Positions 53,925 through 64,000 of a stretch of DNA of 64,000 nt are shown in pieces. The DNA lies in contig OX597829.1 of NCBI GenBank assembly GCA_951406725.2, forward strand, positions 27,280,001-27,344,000. The letters are read 5' to 3'. The notes below the pieces were generated by a model. It did no database searches. It was not told the origin of the DNA and was given only the letters and a program-made list of their open reading frames with translations. The stretch is from Octopus vulgaris. Taxonomy: Eukaryota. Position 1 is the stretch's first letter. Every line of letters starts with the position of its first letter. The translations under genes were made by a program, and so were the position numbers.

Positions 53925-54310
53925 CTAGCAGTATCGCCCGGCGTTGCTCGGGTTTGTTTCGACCCTTTAGAACTGAAATTTTTGAAAAGTAAAAATTTTT
54001 AAATTATGTAGCTTGTTATTCTCTTTAAGTGAACATTTTTCTGGTTGAAATACACCGAAAAATGGTGACACAGCAGTCAAAACATCGTAAAAAATAGGGA
54101 TTTTCTTAGAAAAAAAAAGCACCTTTTTTATGTAAATAATTTTTGGTGTTAACCTGGTCCGATTTGAATTTTTTCTTCTACGGAATGAAGAGCAAGCCTT
54201 CTTCTATCATACTCTCAATTTTGGTCAACATGCGCCGCAGGGTCTCGGAGGAGATAGTGTTAGTTGAAGGCTACCAAACCAGCCATACACAGACAACTTC
54301 AGCTTTATAA
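53923..54310 (+). mobile_element. Non-autonomous Helitron/Helentron-like (DINE-1/HINE-type) element
   Basis: Starts TACTAGCAGTATCGCCCGGCGTTGCTCGGG (ACTAG plus short GC hairpin) and ends CAGACAACTTCAGCTTTATAA, the usual layout of these elements. Confidence 0.6.
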
Positions 54311-55841
54311 ATGGAACGTACTCGTAGAATCGTTAATGCGTCGGACAAAAAGCTAAGCAGCATTCTGTTGGCTCATTATGTTCTGAGTCCAAATTCCGTC
54401 TACTTCGTAGACAAAGGTATGCATACACATACATACACACACATACATACACACACATGCATACATACATACATCATCATCATTGCACTTTCGTATCTTC
54501 GGTTTTCATGCTTGCATGAGTTGACCGCGTCATTTATCCTGCGCTACGTGCTGCCAATCTCCTGAGTCTTCCTTTATGAGGTTCAGCTTCCTCAGATCAA
54601 GTCTTCTCAACTTCATCCCTTGTTTTTTTTTTTTTTTTTCTCGGTCTTCCTCTTTCACACTTTCTTTCCACTTGGGCCTCTTGGCACTTCTTTATCCAAC
54701 TGTAGCCCTCCGTATACATCTCATGTCTGTACCTGTCCAGCTTCGTCACTTGTACACTACATCTAATTCAGTCACGTGCAAATGCAGCCCGCGTGACTTC
54801 TTGTATGGCACGCCCTACACAAATATTACTCTGAATTTTTTTTTTTAGTATCGCAACCTGCCTGATGATGAGCTATGGCTCATGCTGCTCGACTATCGAC
54901 AAAGGTCGTTTGTGCTTGACCTAACTCTTCGCTTTGATTTGTCTTCTACTCACTCTAACGTTATGCATATATTTCACAGTTTTATGGTGGTTTCCCTTCT
55001 TGTTATCCCTCGCACATCATCTATATGCAATCCCCATATTTCATTACAATATAGTAGTAGCATTTCATTGCGTAGACACACGAGAAGAGGATGCATTTGT
55101 TGACTACTGAGGCAAAGAGGGTCATTCTTATGAAAGTTAAACCAAAACAGGTTTTTAGAATGGTCAGAAAAATCACTACATATCTTTAAAAGGTATGTTG
55201 AAATGGTTCGTTCTCGACCATATATCGATATTGGGGCAATTTCTTCCAGATCTACATTATTTGGAATTAATAGAAAATATTTATCTTGAAAATATTACAT
55301 CCATTTTTGTTACACACGTCACAATAGGTAAATAAGAATTGTGACCATAGACATTGAAGGTCAATGCCGAAGAACACCAAGATACATTTAATGCTGCTAC
55401 AAAGTGATTTGAAGGAATCAGCAATATATATTTTCAGGTGTAAAAGTATTATGTCACGTACGTCACACTGTAAATTATGGATTGAAGCTTCGTGAATTGT
55501 GGTTTGTGAGATAATTTTTAAAATTGTGTCAGTTATCGGATCGCGGCAATGCTGTGACGCCGCCTTGAAGAGTTTACTTAAACAAAGAGAGTTCAATACT
55601 TGATGCTTGATACTTATTCTGCCTTCCCCTTTTTTCTTTTTTTTTTTTTGTACCGACTCATTAAGTTATGAGGATGTAAACAGACTAATACCGATTGTCA
55701 AGTGGTTGGGGGCATAAGCAGAGATACGCGTACACGCATACATTTGTACATACACACATACACACATAAAGACACATACACACATAAAGACACATACACA
55801 CATGTATATACACACATGCAAACTATATATACGTATGTATC

Positions 55842-55880
<39 letters not shown>

Positions 55881-55921
55881 GTATATGATCTCTCTCTCCT
55901 CCCTCTTTCTCTGTATGTATG

Positions 55922-55976
<55 letters not shown>

Positions 55977-55977
55977 C

Positions 55978-56205
55978 ATAATTTACAAAATAAGGGCAAA
56001 AGAAAAATTCTAATGCCAAATATGCCGAGAAAAAAGACAAAATTGTCAATAACCATTATAATTTATGCGTCTCGAAACAAACCGATAGAAATTTCTATCG
56101 GTTTGTTTCGAGACGCATAAATTATAATGGTTATCGACAATTTTGTCTTTTTTTTCGGCATATTTGACATTAGAATTTTTCTTTTGCCCTTATTTTATAA
56201 ATTAT
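55978..56205. repeat. Spacer-less palindrome with 114-bp arms and 4 mismatches
   Basis: Centre CCGATAGAAA|TTTCTATCGG at 56091/56092; arms compared base by base. Confidence 0.95.
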
Positions 56206-57910
56206 TTATAAATTTAACCTTTAAAGGTATTTTTTGATATGCTGACCATTGATAAATTTTTTTTCTCGAAAAATATTTTATCCTACATTAGTTATATATA
56301 TTTAAATATGTTTGTATATATGTACGTACAGACAGACAGACGGACAAACAGAAAGACAGATAGATAGATCGATAGATAGGTAAACATATAAGCATCTTCC
56401 ATGCAGTTTCCTTCATCTAAATTCATTCACAAAGCATGGTGAGTTCGGAACTATAGTATTGATAGGAGACACTTGCCAAGCCCAAGTTGCTGCGCATTGT
56501 TACTAAAGCCAAAATCACGTGGTTGTGAAGTGAACTTTTCACCACACAGCCATGTTTTTTTCTCACACTATTTTTTATTTTAGCTACAGGTCGACTTGGG
56601 TCCATTTAATCTCGGTAATTACGCTTTTATAACGGTGGTAAACCGTATAGAAAGGCTTTGGAAAGTAACCTAATTATATATCGTGTCCTATGAATAAGGT
56701 TTTATATTTATATAATGCAAAAGTGTTCGTATTAGAAATCTTCGTATAAGTAAATTTGTTTGCTCTGAGCAAAACTGCTCACGTACATAAGAGAAAATAT
56801 ATAATAATAAACTAAATGAATAAATAAAGATAGAAAGAAATATTATATAAAATGAAATATTAAAGAAATTAAAATAAATATGATAAACTTATTCCATTCC
56901 TGAGTATCAGTGACGTTTACGTGACATAATTCCATTAAAATACACACACACACGAACGCGCGCGCACACACACATACACACACACACACACACAGGCACG
57001 CACGAGCGCGCGTGAAGAAGTACTTAAGATGAGTTGAATGGATATATTATAAACTATGTAAATTATGATTACACCCTCTTACTGTTCAGAGTTTCGAGTC
57101 CTGTTGGGAAAAAACCAGTAATATATATATATATATATATATGTATGTATATATATATGCATATGTGTGTATGTGTTTGTATATGTGTGTATTTGAGTAT
57201 GTGCGTGGATCTATATTATATAAGTATATAAATGTGTATTTATGTATTAAAACATTTATTTATATGTATGTATGTACGTATGTATGTATGTATGTATGTA
57301 TGTATCTATCCATCTATCTGTCTATCTAACAATTAATTACATTTCTGTACATTTAAATATATATAATTATAGTTAACACACACATCCACACATTTACGCA
57401 CACGTATATATATTATTATAACATGTACGTGTAATGTGTTTGTGTGCGCGCGCATGTGATCGTGTGTCTTAGTGTGTGTGTGTGTGTGTACTACAAATGG
57501 AGATTTAAACTGTTCCTCCTTTTTGCGAAATAAAGGAAGAAGACGAATAATAATATAAAAAAAAAAAAAAAAAAGAGAAAAGACATTTTTTATAAAGATT
57601 TTTCCATCCGAAACTAAACCGGATATAAATAACGATAATCGCTACGAAATTCAGTTTTACAAACTGAAGGAAAATTGCTCCCCACTCCCACTCCACCCCG
57701 TCTTCACAACTCTGCTCAAAGCCGTTAACAACAACTTCCATTACAACTTATTCATCAGAATTGCGTTCTTCTGTTTTGCACATCTTTTCTTTTCTTCGTG
57801 TTTTTTTTAATTTTATAATGTCTAGTATTTTCTTATTCTTTTTCTTTTTTTTTTTTTTTTTTTTGCAAATAATGTGACTGTATCCAAAGAACTTTTCTTT
57901 CTATTCATAT

Positions 57911-58306
57911 GCGGTTGTTGGTATGACTTGTGTGGTTAAGAAGGTCGCTTTGCAACCACGTGGTTTCGGGGGGTCCTGTGCCACTCTGTGGCACCTTGAG
58001 CAAGTGGGTTTTTTTTCTTCACAGAAACCCCGATCCGACTAATAATGCATTGTGAGTAAGTTTTGGTGGACGGAAACGTTGGTCGTGTATGTATGTATAT
58101 GTATATATATATGTGTGTGTTTGTGTGTGTGTATGAGCGCGCGTGCACGCGCGTGTATATGTGTGTGTATATATATGTGTGTGTGTGTGTGTGTTTATAT
58201 ATATGTATAGGTGTCTGTGTATACATGTATTTGTGTATATGTATATATATATGCATGTATGTATATATATATATATACTTATATATATACATACATAAAT
58301 ACATAC

Positions 58307-58344
<38 letters not shown>

Positions 58345-58609
58345 GTGTGTATGTATTTTTGTGTTTGTCCCCTCTCCCACCGCTTGACAACCGATGCTGG
58401 TTTGAGTTAGTCTTCCGTAATCTAGCGTTTCAGCAAAGAATTTAAAAAAAACAAACAAAAAAAACAAAATAAAACAAAAAAAAACCCCTGACAAAATAGA
58501 TAACAGACTTAAGACATATATGCACTGAAGTCGATTTATTCCACTAAAACCTTTAAAACGGTGCCCTTGCATAGTCACAGTCCAGTGGCTGAAACAAGTA
58601 AAAGATAAA
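57911..58609 (+). mobile_element. Degenerate SINE A with expanded internal microsatellite
   Basis: Head 57911-58085, (TA/TG)n tract, tail 58355-58609. Confidence 0.7.
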
Positions 58610-58632
58610 ACGCGCGCGCACATACATACATA

Positions 58633-58679
<47 letters not shown>

Positions 58680-59031
58680 ACTGTAACCATAACTCGAATT
58701 ATTAATTGAATTTAAATTATTGTTATTCGAATTGGTACAGCCATGAAACGATCGTAGTGTTTTACTCTTTATCTTTTATTAAACTTTAAAAAAAACAATT
58801 AATAAACAAAATAGTATATAAATATAGAAATATACATATATATATATATATATATATTTGTATATATAAATTCATTTTATGTATTGGCTTATGTTTTTCA
58901 CTGTTTGGTTTGCCTAATAGTGGTTTTATCTCTAATTTAATATAATATAATATATTTATACTATAAAATTGGATTTAATCCTAAGTCTAATTTTTCCCAG
59001 TAAGTTTGGATTTATTCCCTAATATCATTAT

Positions 59032-59109
<78 letters not shown>

Positions 59110-59221
59110 GAGAAAAAAGACTTTGGAAGTCCGCTTACAACCTGAATTTGCTTTTTATAAAATTATCTCCGATACTTCATGAGTGTAGCCTCACCCACTA
59201 AGATGTTTGGAGGACTCATAT

Positions 59222-59318
59222 GTGTTTTAGCTGATGAGTACGGGACACTTATATTTGTTGCAATATTTGCAGCTTTTAATAAAGCCTGTCTTTGTATGAA
59301 ACAATTGTACTAAAAAAC
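59222..59318 (+). ncRNA. Type-I hammerhead ribozyme (Penelope/retrozyme-like, minimal palindromic stem III)
   Basis: Stem I GTGTTTTAG/CTAAAAAAC (8 of 9 pairs); core CTGATGA (59231-59237); stem II GTACGGGACA/TGTCTTTGTAT with ~40-nt loop; GAAA (59298-59301); stem III AC-AATT-GT; cleavage triplet GUA, cut after 59309. Confidence 0.75.
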
Positions 59319-59460
59319 TAATCCATTCTTGTTGCTTTTTTCTCGTTTATAGTCACCCCACATTATTGTATGGTTAATACCATATAGTTTTCTGGTGCAT
59401 CTAAGTTAAGTACCGCATTCAAGTGAATTCATTAGAACTGACTTGAATCTTAATTGCTTT

Positions 59461-59497
<37 letters not shown>

Positions 59498-59820
59498 CAT
59501 ACATATAAACACACATATACATCATATATCAATTTCTCGCCCCGTTTCATTCTTTTCTCTTACTCGAGGTCCACCTCTTCATTCCATGTTCTTATTGTCT
59601 TCTCTTTCCACACCTAACATCACACATATGTCCACCATTGTCCTGGGTTCGTTCGTTTTGTGTAATTTTGGTCATAAAATGACTGATGTGCTTTCTTTTT
59701 CCTATCTCATCCGCTAAGGTTTTAATCATACACGCACGCACACACACACAACACACACACGCACACACACACAGAGGCACATACGCACACACACAGAGAG
59801 GCACACACACACACACATTC

Positions 59821-59915
<95 letters not shown>

Positions 59916-60767
59916 AATAACTTCTTTAACTTTAATGCCGCAGTCATATATCTGTGTACATTTATGTATATATATATATATATATATATGAATATATACA
60001 TATAGGTATGTATATATACTTCTTTATTTTATCCATCAGTGCGATGTTGAGCACACATTCTGATTGTTCAACATTTATATACGTATGTATGTATGTATGT
60101 ATGTATATACACACACACATAATTATATAAAATTAGGCATAGACAGTGTGTGTGTGTGTGTGTGTGTGTATTCATGTGTGTGTGCGCACGCACGTAGGTG
60201 TATACGTGTGTGAGTAAATGCTTCATGTAAAATTCCATTCAGTGAAGTCGCACGTTCGAATCGTACCACTTCTTATAGCTTAATATCTCGAAATTATTTA
60301 TAAATTTGTGGCAAAACCCGGACAGACAATTTAACTGATTGAGTGAATGAAGAACATTAAATTTAGGTGTCTAAATAATTTATTTCGTTTAGCATTCATT
60401 TTATTTTTCTAGAATAGAGAAGAAGAAAGAAACTGGAATTGTGGCGGTGAATCTCTATAATTATGAATAGCGACATAAATGAAGTGAAACAAACTCAACC
60501 TAAAATCAAAATCGGAGGTGAAGTTCTCCATACTATTTATATTTATCCCCATCCCAACCCTATATTTTTTTATCGCTTCATCTTTTCTTACTCCTGGATG
60601 ATTCCTCACATAAAGGAATCTGTAACTTTTCTAGGTGAAGATTACAGACGTGAGTCGTAGTTGTTAGCTCAGCCTTGAGTTGGCCAGTATTCAAGTTTGA
60701 CGGTCGCACCTTTCCCTTGGGTTTAGTATACGGTAGCTTACGATTTCTTTACAACTCGGGAAATATG

Positions 60768-60982
60768 TCTTTCTACTTACTATAGGCACAAAATCTGGAC
60801 ATTCTGGGGGAAGAAGCTAGTCAATTACATTGATCCCAGTGCATGACTAGTACTTATTTTATCGATTTCAAAAGGATGAAGTGTAAAAATCAACCTCGGT
60901 GCAATTTGAACTCAGAATGTAAAACTGTACGAAATACCGCTAGGCATTTAGTCTGTGCTAACGATACTGTCAGCTCACTGCC

Positions 60983-60984
<2 letters not shown>
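60768..60984 (-). mobile_element. SINE family B (another copy at ~61612-61790)
   Basis: Reverse complement of aaggcagtgagctgacag...gagttcaaattgcaccgaggttga. Confidence 0.8.
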
Positions 60985-61043
<59 letters not shown>

Positions 61044-61045
<2 letters not shown>

Positions 61046-61549
61046 GTCCTGATGCTGTACCAGGCAGTGGCTCTCGTGGCTTCTGATCTTAACTGATTGA
61101 AAGTCTTATCATGTGCATCATTTTGTCTTGGTATAAAAGATGCGCTACTGGAAATATTCTGCTCAGTACCACAGATTTGCTTGTCAGTTGTTCGACCATA
61201 ACCAGTTGAGCATGTCCCTTAGTGACTGGCGATATGTGCATCTCTGATCACGAGCAGAAGTAGTGGGAGAGCATCATAGCCATGTGTTTCGTTCAACATC
61301 CTTAAACAACCCTTATTCAGGGACCTTTTGAGCGGGATGGGTTACTCGACCAGAAGAAAACTCTAAATGGGCCCCACCTGCAAGGTCATGTGCTGTTTAT
61401 CTTGATATGAGATCACCATGTTGCGCACATATGGTTGAGATGCATGTGCCTAGTGTACCCTTATCAGACGGGTAGTCATGATGGGTATAATGGGCTTCGT
61501 ATATTTTACCCATGTGTCACTTTGATGGCATGCACTGCTCTCTCACTCA
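61044..61549 (-). mobile_element. Non-coding retroelement-like unit flanked by (AAT)n on both sides
   Basis: ~500-bp GC-richer block between (AAT)n tracts at 60985-61043 and 61549-61612; no ORF. Confidence 0.55.
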
Positions 61550-61557
61550 ATAATAAA

Positions 61558-61596
<39 letters not shown>

Positions 61597-63176
61597 TAAT
61601 AATAATAATAATCCTTTCTACAATCGGCGCGAGGCATGAAATTTTGGAGATAGGGGTTAGTCGATTACATCGACTCCAGTGTTTATCGACTCAGAAGAGT
61701 GTGAAGATAAAATCGACCTCGGTGTAATTTGAACTCACACGTAAAGAATGCTGCTATTCATTTCGTCCGGCGTGTTAATGATGTTGCCTTTATAGCCAGT
61801 GTCATAATAATATGCAACTTTAATTTAACCTGTAACGTAACTTCATGAAGATCTATCGAAAACGGATTAAAGTTTGTCTCGGTATTTCCTAGTCCCTCTC
61901 TTTATCTAATATCACGGCTTTCACCCCATAAGTTATAGATTTGATTAAATTATCAATGACTGACTAGATCGTATTTATTCACTCTTCGTCGAATGTTTCA
62001 GTTCTATAATTGATTTTTTTTCGACTATCTTGCTCACAGCCTTCTATCAAGTTATTTCTTTGTGTGTCCTATAGAATTAACATCGGGGCTTTGGGCAGCT
62101 ATTTCAGAGATTTGATCTGTGACTTCTTGGAGCAGCCTATTTCAGTGATTTTGATCTGTGGCTTCTTTCCTAAACTTGTAATATCTTGTTTGCATGGCAA
62201 AAGATTGGTCTTATCAATTCCTACATTGGAACATATGGTAATAGACTGGTTTTTTTTTTCAAATATTTGACATTTTAGGTCGTTTAAATGATTTTCAAGA
62301 AAAATAATCTCTGATCTACGTATCACCCAAACCGACAACCCCACCATATTCTTCTTTCATCTTTTCCATGTTTTTAATATTCCTTGCAAACAACCTTACT
62401 CCCCCATCCAACCAGCCTCCCTCCCATATTTCAGTTTTGTTGTGCACACATTATCTGTCTTGAATTAGGAAATTCAAGAATTTGTTTTCGTCAGACCATA
62501 TTATGTACAACCAAAACTAGTCTTTCTTCCCGCATATATATTTATAGACCAGTTGAGCTTTTTTTGATTAAATTTTAAAACTATCTGATTAAATTTATTT
62601 CTTGCTACTCTCCATATCCAAGATCTTTCAATATTGTTCTTACACAACATGGCGACGTATCCATAGATTCTCAAACTCTCTAACATTTTCAAGTCGATGT
62701 TTAACTCTTTGCCTACCATGGGACTCCCCACGCTGTATTTTTAATGTATCAATGATTATATTGTTTTATGGTACCTCACATTGCTATGGTTCAAACCACA
62801 TTATTTGAATTTTAGGGAATGTACATAACACATATTTCTTTGCATTTTTCTGATGGTTTTGTATTTGAATCAATAGAAGCTGAAACAGGATCTGGTAAGG
62901 AGGATATCTTCATAACTGAAGTGCTGCCCTTCATAAAATAATATGTGTGAAAAAGAAGCCATAGTATAATCTGCAAAATAATCTGTTGAAAAACTATAAA
63001 TAAAATAAAAAAACAAATCCATGAATGGAGTTATGCTGGATATTTTAACACTGTTTAACATGTGTATCGCCGATGACTCACGAAGTACAGAATGAATATA
63101 ATATTCGTTTTGTACCACATGATTCACCATTTCTACCTATGCTATAAATCAATGTGGTAGTTTATATACTGAACTA

Positions 63177-63273
<97 letters not shown>

Positions 63274-63275
<2 letters not shown>

Positions 63276-63676
63276 CGCAGGAGTGGCTGTGTGGTAAGTA
63301 ACTTGCTAACCAACCACATGGTTGCGGGTTCAGTCCCACTGCGTGGCATCTTGGGCAAGTGTCTTCTGCTATAGCCCCGGGCCGACCAATGCCTTGTGAG
63401 TGGATTTGGTAGACGGAAACTGAAAGAAGCCTGTCGTATATATGTATATATATATATGTGTGTGTCTGTGTTTGTCCCCCTAGCATTGCTTGACAACCGA
63501 TGCTGGTGTGTTTACGTCCACGTCACTTAGCGGTTCGGCAAAAAGAGACCGATAGAATAAGTACTGGGCTTACAAAAAGAATAAGTCCCAGGGTCGAGTT
63601 GCTCGACTAAAGGCGGTGCTCCAGCATGGCCGCAGTCAAATGACTGAAACAAGTAAAAGAGTAAAAGAGTAAAGAG
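63274..63676 (+). mobile_element. SINE family A, full-length young copy
   Basis: GGCGCAGGAGTGGCTGTGTGG (A box), GGTTCAGTCCC (B box), (TA)/(TG) linker, (GTAAAAGA)n tail, inserted in (TA)n. Confidence 0.95.
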
Positions 63677-64000
63677 ATATATATATATATTTATATATAT
63701 AATGCGGTTTAGAAAATTAAAAAGTGAATAATTTATAATAAAATTAGATCGCTGGTGCAAAAGAAACTGGCGCAAAATGGCCTCGGTAGGTAAAGTTTTG
63801 ATAAGTTCTCCCTTTACTGTTTTCTTTACCGTTTCAAAAAACTTTCGGTAGCCTCACTTCCTCTTTCAGCAATGCCTTTCTTTAATCTGCCTCTTTGACT
63901 ATGCTACTCACTGCTTGATGATTAATATCGAGTTAAGACCTATTTTCTTAGTCGGATTTACCACGTTGATATCAGCCGGTTGACTTGTCTGAATGTAAAT

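Noticed and set aside
54862-54900. CTGATGATGAG motif
   Set aside because: No downstream GAAA with a closing stem II/III.
63274-63348. tRNA-like A/B boxes
   Set aside because: SINE head; no complete cloverleaf, so not called a tRNA gene.

Overview
Eukaryotic, AT-rich, microsatellite- and transposon-dense animal DNA. The SINE/LINE families resemble those of octopus genomes (inferred from the repeats, not tested). I can support one host gene: a complete 5-exon MORN3 orthologue on the minus strand (CDS 20594->768, 241 aa, all introns GT-AG and phase-consistent), with an RFX X-box 77 bp upstream of the ATG. The rest is three tRNA-SINE families, RTE-clade LINE fragments, decayed Tc1/mariner elements, MITEs, a Helentron-like element and long microsatellites. 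Almost all listed ORFs are microsatellite or repeat artefacts. Main items for follow-up: (1) an intact-core type-I hammerhead ribozyme at 59222-59318, plus related intact or degenerate motifs and long foldback palindromes in short blocks often embedded in (TA)n tracts, probably Penelope-like or retrozyme-like elements; (2) a PHD finger inserted inside the RT protein of one RTE family, whose 3' UTR also carries a tandem hairpin array; (3) a CpG-decay boundary at the MORN3 5' end, seen by comparing copies of the same repeats; (4) a possible start of a plus-strand gene with a 15-nt microexon near 60.4-60.65 kb.
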